A DNA stretch of 32,000 bases from Candidatus Brocadiaceae bacterium (GTDB taxonomy: Bacteria > Planctomycetota > Brocadiia > Brocadiales > Brocadiaceae). Below, one piece after another: positions 7,783 through 15,756 of the stretch. A model generated the notes under the pieces. It saw only the letters and a list, made by a program, of their open reading frames with translations. It was not told the origin of the DNA and searched no databases. The stretch spans positions 1 to 32,000 of the forward strand of contig JALDQZ010000012.1 in the NCBI GenBank assembly GCA_031316145.1, written 5' to 3'. The first letter of the stretch is position 1; every line of letters starts with the position of its first letter. The translations under genes were made by a program, and so were the position numbers.

Positions 7783-9567
7783 ATGATTTGTTCACGGGGC
7801 ATGGACATACTGCTTTGGAATTCTTTTATGGGCAAGGCCTATTCTGTCAGTGACTGTTTTAAAGAAAATGGCATTGGGTTGCTGGTCAGGGCATGTAAAG
7901 ACGCAGGTTTTTCCATGACGGTTGAAGACCCTGCAAGGATTGATTTTTATTCGTCATTTACAAAAAATGAACTTGAACCGGAGCTTTCAAGGCTCTCAGC
8001 GCATGTGTTTGGCAAGAAAAATGGTGAAGATAGCGCGTCATTACGCAAGGAGTGGGATTCTCTTCAAGAGAATCTCTCTTGTGCCATCAAAGGAAAAATG
8101 GAGGAATATCTCAATAGTCTTGCAAAAAAAGTGCGTGATGAACAGGTAAAAGTGCTGGGGATTAAGACCTGGCTGGGAGATAGATTTACGTACTCCGAGG
8201 AGCTCACCCGAAAGGTAAACCAACTGAGCCCGAATACCATCGTCATTGCCGGCGGTCCACAGGTCAATCAATTCAAAATCCATGCGCTTGAAGAAAGCCC
8301 TTTTGACTTCTGCATAGATGTTGAGGGGGAAACAACATTGACCAAAATTGTGGCTATGGTAAAAGAAATGTATGGGAGGGGTTGTAAAAAGGTAGAAGTA
8401 ATCAACAGGATAACTGAGCTTGCAAAGACCGGTGAACTGCAAAACCTTATTTACCGGGACGCTGATAATACCATAAGAGAATCAACGATCAGACGATTGC
8501 CCTTAAACAAAAAAACTTTTCCCCTCTATGAAAAAGAAGATGGAAAGGCAGATATCGCGGTAATTAATGAATCTTCGGGCTGCTATTATGGAAAGTGTGG
8601 CTTTTGTTCCCATCCAAACATTACCGGGAAATATCAAACCAGGGATGTGGACATTACCCTTCAGGAGATAAAAGAGAACATTCAAAAATATAGTATCGGA
8701 CTCTTCCGGTTTGCGGGATCTGTTACCCCAGCTTCTCTGGGCAGGAAGATTGCCAATGCAATAGTAAAAGAAGGATTGCATATTGAGTATTCCATGTTTG
8801 TCAGGGCTGAAAATAGAGCAAAGGCCCGAATTACTGAACTGATCAATACGTACGAGGAAATGATTCGTTCCGGACTTCGGGCCGTTTTCATGGGTGTTGA
8901 GGCTGTGGACAAAAAGCTCCTTTCAGAGAGCATGCAGAAAGGAAGTTCCATTGCAGACATGTATTATACCATCAAGGCCCTGAAACAGGCATCCTATAAT
9001 CAGGGAATGCCTGTTGATGTAGGAGTAAGTTTTATTTATCCGTGCCCGATTCCTTCAAATACTGGAACAACTCATGAAAAGGTGTTAGAAAAAAATTTGT
9101 GTTTCCTGCGCTCATTAAAAATCGAGAATTTTATGCCGGATTCCGTGCTTATCACCCCGGGTGTGCCTCTTCCCCTGACAGCATGGCAATTAAAGCCAAA
9201 ACAGTTCGGTTTTGATCTGCCTGAAGATTATGTTCAAAAAATTATACGGTATGAGTATGAACTCACAAAGGACCCAAGTGTATGGCCAGATCTGGATATC
9301 ACTTCAAACGGAATCAGGTTTAAGGATATGTTGAAGATGTCAGGGCAGATGGAAAAGAAGGTCAGGAAAATGGGGTATACGGTAAATGTGTCTGACGAAC
9401 ATTGTCTGGCTGCAAGAAGTTCCGGTTTTGTCGGGCAGAAAGGATTAGAAGAATTTAAGTTAAAGAGTGACATGGCATTACTTACCACCGATTATCGCTT
9501 CCTGAGAGAGGTGTATAACAAAATAAATTCATACAGCAGGGCGCTGGCTGAGAAAAATAATTCATAG
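7783..9567 (+). CDS. Radical SAM enzyme with N-terminal cobalamin-binding-like domain (class B-like) and non-canonical CX4CX2C cluster motif
   Basis: The N-terminal Rossmann-like segment IVIAGGPQVNQF...DFCIDVEGETTLTKIV resembles B12-binding radical SAM domains. Cluster motif GCYYGKCGFCSH (Cys codons at 8581, 8596, 8605). I saw no SPASM-type C-terminal Cys pattern. The ATG at 7783 has an aagggg RBS, whereas the track ORF starts at TTG 7762. Confidence 0.8.
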   Translation: MICSRGMDILLWNSFMGKAYSVSDCFKENGIGLLVRACKDAGFSMTVEDPARIDFYSSFTKNELEPELSRLSAHVFGKKNGEDSASLRKEWDSLQENLSCAIKGKMEEYLNSLAKKVRDEQVKVLGIKTWLGDRFTYSEELTRKVNQLSPNTIVIAGGPQVNQFKIHALEESPFDFCIDVEGETTLTKIVAMVKEMYGRGCKKVEVINRITELAKTGELQNLIYRDADNTIRESTIRRLPLNKKTFPLYEKEDGKADIAVINESSGCYYGKCGFCSHPNITGKYQTRDVDITLQEIKENIQKYSIGLFRFAGSVTPASLGRKIANAIVKEGLHIEYSMFVRAENRAKARITELINTYEEMIRSGLRAVFMGVEAVDKKLLSESMQKGSSIADMYYTIKALKQASYNQGMPVDVGVSFIYPCPIPSNTGTTHEKVLEKNLCFLRSLKIENFMPDSVLITPGVPLPLTAWQLKPKQFGFDLPEDYVQKIIRYEYELTKDPSVWPDLDITSNGIRFKDMLKMSGQMEKKVRKMGYTVNVSDEHCLAARSSGFVGQKGLEEFKLKSDMALLTTDYRFLREVYNKINSYSRALAEKNNS

Positions 9568-9588
9568 TTTAAAAAATGCATATCTAAA

Positions 9589-9615
9589 AAGGCACAAAGA
9601 CAGCGGGAACAAAGG
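9589..9615. repeat. Left imperfect inverted repeat flanking the four-helix-bundle cassette
   Basis: aaggcaca (9589-9596) and ggaacaaagg (9606-9615) recur as reverse complements at 9966-9973/9989-9996 and 9977-9986. Confidence 0.55.
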
Positions 9616-9623
9616 AGCAAAGG

Positions 9624-9961
9624 ATGATAAGGAGTTATAGGGATCTAAAAATACGGTAGTATATTCGATAACAAAGTTATTGCCAAAAGAGGAGTTATAT
9701 GGATTGGTATCCCAAGTCAGGAAAAGTGCCGTTTCTATGCCAAGTAATATTGCAGAGGGTTACGGAAGAAACTCTACCAATGAGTATATTCGATTTCTCC
9801 AAATATCGAGTGGCTCTTTGTATGAATTACAAACTCAACTTTTGATTTGTTTAAAATTAAGATACTTATCAAAAGAAACATTTGAAAGCACGTATGAGAA
9901 GAGCAGAGAAATAGAAAGAATATTTAGCCGCTTAATAAAAAAATTGGATAAAAACAATTAA
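9624..9961 (+). pseudogene. Four-helix-bundle protein of the 23S rRNA intervening-sequence (S23-like, PF05635-type) family, disrupted near the 5' end
   Basis: The family core is AVSMPSNIAEGYGRNSTNEYIRFLQISSGSLYELQTQL. The ATG at 9624 gives the family-typical MIRSYRDLKI and then a stop at 9657. Helix 1 resumes in another frame (VVYSITKLLPKEELYGL), which implies a small deletion plus a frameshift. Only a TTG-initiated 93-aa remnant (9680-9961) is open. Confidence 0.65.
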
Positions 9962-9963
9962 AC

Positions 9964-9996
9964 TCTGTGCCTTCTGCCTTTGTTCCTCTGTGCCTT
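9964..9996. repeat. Right imperfect inverted repeat flanking the cassette (contains ctgtgcctt twice)
   Basis: tgtgcctt occurs at 9966-9973 and 9989-9996, and cctttgttcc at 9977-9986. These are reverse complements of the motifs at 9589-9615. Confidence 0.55.
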
Positions 9997-10074
9997 AATA
10001 GCTGCGATATTTCAAATTTTTCAACAAAGTTTATTGTTACTTTTTGAACTCCTTTCTTTATACAGATACATCTC

Positions 10075-11331
10075 ATGATGAAAAGACGAGTGGTGATTAC
10101 CGGTCTGGGGATATTGGCCCCGAATGGAATTGGAAAAGAGGCTTACTGGGACGCAATCATCAATGGTCGATCAGGAATAAACAGAATTTCCTCGTTTGAT
10201 CCTTCTTCTTTCACGACTCAGATTGCTGGTGAGGTGGAAAATTTTGATCCAAAAGACTATGTTGATTCAAGGATGGTGGCTCGATGTGGGAGATTTACCC
10301 ATTTTGGTATTGCAGCCTCAAGAATGGCAACTGCTGATGCCGGTATAGACTTCAGCAAGGAAAACAAGGAGAGATGTGGTGTCTGTTTTGGCACCACATT
10401 AGGCCCGAATAATGATGTGTATGAAACACAGCACAGGAAATTTATAAGTTCTGGTCCTCTGTCTGTGGGACGTCTTACACCAGTTGAGATTACACCGCAT
10501 GTGACGACGGGCTATATCTGTTCAGATCTTCATATTGCCGGGCCGAATTCTACGCTTACTTCAGGATGTTCAACCGGGCTCGATGTGATGGGTTGGGGGC
10601 ACAAAATGATACAACAGGGGAAGATCGATGTTGCGGTTATCGGGTGCGCAGATACGCCAATCTTTCCGTTTATTTTGTCTGCTTTATGTAACCTGGGAAT
10701 TCTTTCCAGGAGTAATAAGGAGCCAGAAAAGGCCTCAAGGCCATATGACAAAAGACGTGATGGCATGGTGCTCAGTGAAGGTGGTGTTTCAATTGTGCTG
10801 GAGGAATTACATCATGCCCTGGATAGGGGCGCGGATATCTATGCCGAGGTATTGTCCTTTGCCTCTACCTGCGATGCTCAGGATATCGTGAATGCTGATA
10901 CCGGCGGGCAGGCTCTGATTTCCGCAATGGAAGAGGTTTTGGTGAGCGGCAGAGTTGGAAAAGAGGAGATAGATTATATTTGTGCCCACGGAAATAGCAT
11001 GCCTTCCTATGATATTGCAGAAACAAATGCCTTTAAGGCCTTCTTTGGTGAGCGTTCGTACAGAATTCCTGTAAGTTCCATTAAATCCATGACTGGTCAA
11101 TCATTTGCTGCCGGAGGCGGGTTTCAGGTGGTGGCAACGAGCCTTAGTCTTAAAAATGGGTTTGTTCCTCCCACCATTAATCTGGACGAACCAGATCCTC
11201 TCTGTGACCTTGATTACGTACCCCATGAAGCCAGACGGTTTTCCATGGAAACCGCCCTGATAAATAGTCATAGTGTTGGAAATACCCATGCAGCTCTTGT
11301 GTTGCGAAGATTTTCTGGAGAAGGAAGGTAA
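10075..11331 (+). CDS. Beta-ketoacyl synthase paralogue with Cys/His/Gln triad
   Basis: TSGCSTG (Cys165, 10567-10569), CAHGNS (His305, 10987-10989), SSIKSMTGQSFAAGG (Gln342, CAA 11098-11100, at the second His position). The C-terminal NSHSVGNTH replaces NSFGFGGTN. Confidence 0.85.
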   Translation: MMKRRVVITGLGILAPNGIGKEAYWDAIINGRSGINRISSFDPSSFTTQIAGEVENFDPKDYVDSRMVARCGRFTHFGIAASRMATADAGIDFSKENKERCGVCFGTTLGPNNDVYETQHRKFISSGPLSVGRLTPVEITPHVTTGYICSDLHIAGPNSTLTSGCSTGLDVMGWGHKMIQQGKIDVAVIGCADTPIFPFILSALCNLGILSRSNKEPEKASRPYDKRRDGMVLSEGGVSIVLEELHHALDRGADIYAEVLSFASTCDAQDIVNADTGGQALISAMEEVLVSGRVGKEEIDYICAHGNSMPSYDIAETNAFKAFFGERSYRIPVSSIKSMTGQSFAAGGGFQVVATSLSLKNGFVPPTINLDEPDPLCDLDYVPHEARRFSMETALINSHSVGNTHAALVLRRFSGEGR

Positions 11332-13901
11332 TGACTATGTTCCAGGCAACCTACATTTTGATAAGTTTGTGTATTGGAGGCCTTGGGATATTTGTGTTCC
11401 TGAAAGATCCAAGAAACAGTATTAATAAAAGATTTTTTCTCTACACATTGGTGATAGCAGTATGGGTATTTTCTATTAATCTTACCCTTCTAGCAAAAGA
11501 TACAACGATAGCGACTTCTAGACTAAGAATTGTTTTTTCTGTAGCTTCTCTTATGGGACCAAGTTTTTTTTTCTTTTCATCGGTATTTCCGGACCGAAAA
11601 GAAAGAACTTTTCAAAGATATCTGTGTCTTTTGTTCTTTGCAGCAAGTATCATTTTCATATGTACTTCCCCCTCATTAGTGAAAAAATCGGCTTTTGAAG
11701 GCGATAAAATACGTGCTGAATATGGTTCCCTTTTCATCCTGTTTTGGATTCACCTTTTAAGCTGTATGGGATATTCTTTCTACATCCTTTACAAGAAAAT
11801 CCGTTGGGCTTACGGCGTTACGAGATTACAGATTCAATATGTATTTTTTGGAATAGTGTTATTTGTTTTATGTGCTTTTATTACAAATTTTCTCTTTCCA
11901 TTGTTTGGTTTGTGGCAGGCTGAACAGTATGTCCCACTGACAGCCATTCCCATTCCGATAATGATTGCGATTGCGATTGTAAAGTATCACCTCATGGATA
12001 TTACCGTGGTGCTGAGGAAGAGCACGATGTATGCTGTTCTGACGGTCGTCCTGAGTTTTATCTATATTTTTGTTTGGGTAATTGTGGGTAACCTGTTGAA
12101 GATACCAGAATATAAAGAAGCTGTTACTGCTGTTGTTTCCACATCGGTGATGGTCTTTACTTTTGTTTTAACCGGAGAATCAATCCAGTATTTTGTTGAA
12201 AAGACCTTGTTTCGGACCAAATACAGTAGCTCAAAGATCCTGAGTGATTCTACGGCAATACTTTCATCCATTCATGATTTGCCGGGACTTCTTCATTCTG
12301 CGATCCAATATTTATATGATTCTGTAGGTATGGAGAAGATAAGTGTATTTCTCCGGGATGAAACACACAGTCATTATACCCTGAGGGCTTCAATAAAATT
12401 TCCGATAGATGCAAAATCTATTATTCACTGCGATAACGCCATTGCTACCAGGCTTTCTCAAAATAAAACGGTTTTATCACTTGATCAGTTAAAACGTTTC
12501 CATCGAAGAAAATCCGATGTCTTGTTGATAGACGTTTTGGAGCAACTTGACGTTGATAGCTGTATACCATTGGTTCAGGGGAATGATCTCATCGGTTTCA
12601 TTTTTTTGGGGAAAAAGATAAATAAAAAGGTTTATACACTGGATGATATCCAGATGTTTATTGCATTTTCCGGTCAAATGGCCCTGGCTGTAAGGAATGC
12701 CCACCTGTACCTGGGATTGAAAGAATCCATGGTCTACAGGGACAACATCCTTGAGAGTTTAAGAAGTGGAGTTATTGTTATAGATTATAATGAAGAGGTT
12801 ACCCTGATAAACTATGAGGCAAAAAAAATAATCGGGAAGAAAAATATGCAATCAAGCAAAACGATACTTGCTGCTCTTGGGAAAGACACATACCGGTTGC
12901 TGAGATATACGCTGAAAAACGATACAGAATTCAAAAATGTTGAAACCACTATCAAGAAAGGTGATGAAATAAATCTCTACAGCGTGACGACAACACAATT
13001 GAAAACGGAAACCGGTGAAAAACTTGGGGCTTTAATGATTCTTACCGATTTGACAGAACTGAAAATGCTTCAGGCTGAAAAACAACATTCCGAAAGATTG
13101 GCGTATCTTGGCACCCTTGCCGCGAATATTGCCCATGAGATAAGGAATCCACTTGTTCCTATCAACACCTATTTCCAGCTTCTTCCCCAAAAGAAGGGAG
13201 ATGAAAAATTTCATACGGAATTTCGAACGTTAGCGCTCAATGAAATAGGCAGGATCAACAGAATCATTGAAGAGATGTTGGACCTGGCAAAACCTTCCAA
13301 TCCTATTTTACAACCGATAAATCCTCACCGTGTGATAATGGAAACCATAAAATTACTCAGAGATACTGTATCAGAGAAGGATATTGAAATAGTTACAGAA
13401 TTAAACGAAATAAACTGTCAGCTTTGTGCCGATGAAGATAAGGTGCGGCAGGTCATGGTCAACATTTTGCAAAACAGCATTGAAATCCTGCCAAAAAATG
13501 GGCATATTCAGGTAAGCACAATCTTGATAGATGGCCTTTCTTATTTTAAGAAAAAGGCGAAAAAACACCCTAGTAGCATTTTCTTTTCCTTTGTTCCCTC
13601 AGTGTTACATGACGAAAATAAACAGTTTTTTGTAATGAAGGTATCCGATAATGGCAAAGGTATTTCGGCAGAAAAGATGCAGTATATTTTTGAACCGTTT
13701 TTCACGGATAAAAATAAAGGAACAGGACTTGGATTGGCAGTGGTATACAGAATCGTAAAGGATCATGAAGGTTGTATTTATGTTGAAAGTCAGGAAGACA
13801 AGGGAACAGACTTTTATATTTGCTTTCCAATAAACCAGGTCAATGTGTACCTGTTTCCTGCCGATCAAGAAAAAACACTGGAAAGTTCTCACTCCTTATA
13901 A
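11331..13901 (+). CDS. Polytopic membrane sensor histidine kinase (about 8-9 TM N-domain, GAF, PAS, HisKA, HATPase)
   Basis: Hydrophobic N-terminal 290 aa. H-box ANIAHEIRNPL, N-box VNILQNSIE, G1 SDNGKGI, G2 GTGLGLAV. The start ATG overlaps the KS3 stop (TAATG at 11329-11333) and is preceded by ggagaaggaagg. Confidence 0.88.
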   Translation: MTMFQATYILISLCIGGLGIFVFLKDPRNSINKRFFLYTLVIAVWVFSINLTLLAKDTTIATSRLRIVFSVASLMGPSFFFFSSVFPDRKERTFQRYLCLLFFAASIIFICTSPSLVKKSAFEGDKIRAEYGSLFILFWIHLLSCMGYSFYILYKKIRWAYGVTRLQIQYVFFGIVLFVLCAFITNFLFPLFGLWQAEQYVPLTAIPIPIMIAIAIVKYHLMDITVVLRKSTMYAVLTVVLSFIYIFVWVIVGNLLKIPEYKEAVTAVVSTSVMVFTFVLTGESIQYFVEKTLFRTKYSSSKILSDSTAILSSIHDLPGLLHSAIQYLYDSVGMEKISVFLRDETHSHYTLRASIKFPIDAKSIIHCDNAIATRLSQNKTVLSLDQLKRFHRRKSDVLLIDVLEQLDVDSCIPLVQGNDLIGFIFLGKKINKKVYTLDDIQMFIAFSGQMALAVRNAHLYLGLKESMVYRDNILESLRSGVIVIDYNEEVTLINYEAKKIIGKKNMQSSKTILAALGKDTYRLLRYTLKNDTEFKNVETTIKKGDEINLYSVTTTQLKTETGEKLGALMILTDLTELKMLQAEKQHSERLAYLGTLAANIAHEIRNPLVPINTYFQLLPQKKGDEKFHTEFRTLALNEIGRINRIIEEMLDLAKPSNPILQPINPHRVIMETIKLLRDTVSEKDIEIVTELNEINCQLCADEDKVRQVMVNILQNSIEILPKNGHIQVSTILIDGLSYFKKKAKKHPSSIFFSFVPSVLHDENKQFFVMKVSDNGKGISAEKMQYIFEPFFTDKNKGTGLGLAVVYRIVKDHEGCIYVESQEDKGTDFYICFPINQVNVYLFPADQEKTLESSHSL

Positions 13902-13915
13902 GGCATGACAAATAC

Positions 13916-14734
13916 TTACAATCCAATAATAGCTATGCGGGCATTGTCCGCGGCTGTAATAATCTCCTCAGTATCCAGAATGAGTGTTTTCCCCGCTTCA
14001 AGGGCAAGGACCGAAGCAGAAGAATCCTTCAGTGTTTTGATGGTTTCAAGTCCGACAGTAGGAATATCGAATCGTGGGTCGAATTTCTGTTTGCTGACCT
14101 TGATGACGACGAGGTCGTTTCTTCCGAGACTTCCTCCTCTGCTGATGGTTTGATCAGTGCCTTCCAGGGCTTCTACCGCGACAATCACCTTTTCCTTAAG
14201 GACAATGCACTGTCCGATGCCAAGCCGTGCGATTTCTTTTGCAATGGGCCATCCGAAGTGGATGTCTTCCCATTCCCTTTCTGAAGGTTTTTTCCGGGTT
14301 AATATACCCGTTTGGGTAATCAGTTGCGGCACATAAAGGGTAGAGTTTTGCAGTATTATCCCATCTTTCAAAAGTTCATCAGCAACGGCTTCCAGTAAGG
14401 AATGGTCGTCTCTCCTCTTTACGTTTCTATACCAAAGATTGATGGTCCTTAAATCCGGTAGAAGACGGAGATTCCGCATGGATAAAAACATGTTGGTTTT
14501 TGTGAGTCCTCCCGCCATAACTGCCTTGGAGATGTGCTCCTGTTTAAAAATCTTGATGAGTTTCCCTATCTGGGCGACTCCCACCCAGTAAAGCCTTTCC
14601 ACATATTGTTCGATTTCCGGCGATGCTTCTCCTTCAATGCCGATGGCAATAATGGGAACCTTGTTATCAATTGCCCCTTTTGCAAACAGTATGGGAAATC
14701 TGCCGTTTCCTGCGATTAATCCGAGCTTTTCCAT
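13916..14734 (-). CDS. lpxI: LpxI-family UDP-2,3-diacylglucosamine hydrolase (DUF1009)
   Basis: N-terminal MEKLGLIAGNGRFPILFAKGA is typical of LpxI. Its size fits, and it lies immediately downstream of lpxD with a 19-nt overlap. Confidence 0.7.
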   Translation of the reverse strand: MEKLGLIAGNGRFPILFAKGAIDNKVPIIAIGIEGEASPEIEQYVERLYWVGVAQIGKLIKIFKQEHISKAVMAGGLTKTNMFLSMRNLRLLPDLRTINLWYRNVKRRDDHSLLEAVADELLKDGIILQNSTLYVPQLITQTGILTRKKPSEREWEDIHFGWPIAKEIARLGIGQCIVLKEKVIVAVEALEGTDQTISRGGSLGRNDLVVIKVSKQKFDPRFDIPTVGLETIKTLKDSSASVLALEAGKTLILDTEEIITAADNARIAIIGL

Positions 14735-15756
14735 TGATCTTCCAGTTGTTTTATGCGTTTTTCAAGCGATTTAATATGGTCTCTCATTTCGGGGAGTTTC
14801 TCTATGATTACATAACAACGCCGCATCCGCTGGATGGGGAGGGCCGGAGTTCCCAGATAGGTTGTATTGCTGGGGATGTCGTGGGCCACTCCAGAACGTC
14901 CGCCCACCACAACATTATCACCTATCGTGACATGTCCGATAATTCCGGCTCCGCCGGCAAGGGTAACATGCTTTCCTATCTTTGCGGTTCCTGCAATACC
15001 TACCTGTGAGACAATCAAAGAATTTTCACCTATTTCCACATTATGTGAAATAACAACCTGACTGTCAATCTTTGTGCCGCTCTTAATGATCGTTTTTCCC
15101 ATTGCGGCACGATTAATAGTTGTATTGGCGCCGATTTCCACATCGTCTTCTATTACGGCGATACCTACCTGTGGGATTTTGTAATAACGCTCTCCATCCG
15201 GGGCGTAGCCAAACCCACTGCTCCCAATGACCGTGTTGCTATGAATGTTTACTCGTTTACCAATTTTTGTATCGTCATAAATCACAACGTTTGGATAAAT
15301 AACCGTGTCATCGTCAATGGTACACTGGTTACCGACGAATGTGCCTGGACAAAGGACGACACGATTGCCAATTTGGGTATTTTCGCCGATGGTGACAAAC
15401 GCTTGGATAGAAATATCTTTGCCTAAGACGGCAGTCTTTGCGATGTGTGCAGAATCGTCAATGCCTGTCGCGTGTATGGGCTTTTCGTACATTAAAAGTT
15501 CCACGATCTGCGCAAAAGCAAGATAGGGATTGTTGCATACTAAAAGGTTTGCTTGCGCGTCTTTTAGTCTTGGGGAGACAATAATTGCGGAGGCCTTGGT
15601 ATCGTGAATTCTCTTTACATATTTTTCATTGGATATAAACGTTATAAATCCTGCCTGCGCTTCATTAATGCCCATGACACCGCGTATACGCGTGGCGGGA
15701 TCGCCCATAACTGAGCCGCCTACGTGGTCAGCGAGTTCCTGTAATGATTTTTCCAT
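14716..15756 (-). CDS. lpxD: UDP-3-O-acylglucosamine N-acyltransferase
   Basis: N-terminal LQELADHVGG...ITFISNEKY region followed by long hexapeptide (left-handed beta-helix) repeats and a C-terminal helical tail. Confidence 0.9.
   Translation of the reverse strand: MEKSLQELADHVGGSVMGDPATRIRGVMGINEAQAGFITFISNEKYVKRIHDTKASAIIVSPRLKDAQANLLVCNNPYLAFAQIVELLMYEKPIHATGIDDSAHIAKTAVLGKDISIQAFVTIGENTQIGNRVVLCPGTFVGNQCTIDDDTVIYPNVVIYDDTKIGKRVNIHSNTVIGSSGFGYAPDGERYYKIPQVGIAVIEDDVEIGANTTINRAAMGKTIIKSGTKIDSQVVISHNVEIGENSLIVSQVGIAGTAKIGKHVTLAGGAGIIGHVTIGDNVVVGGRSGVAHDIPSNTTYLGTPALPIQRMRRCYVIIEKLPEMRDHIKSLEKRIKQLEDQWKSSD

Noticed and set aside
13889-13916. Looked for a terminator between the convergent kinase and lpxI gene ends, which are 14 bp apart.
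   Set aside because: The only structure is a 10-bp palindrome, ccttataagg (13894-13903), overlapping the stop codon. There is no stable GC stem or U tract, so no terminator is called.
13820-14284. Plus-strand ORFs of 154 aa and 82 aa (13820-14284 and 13905-14153).
   Set aside because: They are antisense to the well-supported lpxI-family gene and overlap the 3' end of the kinase. They have no motifs and are low-complexity, Ser/Arg-rich translations.
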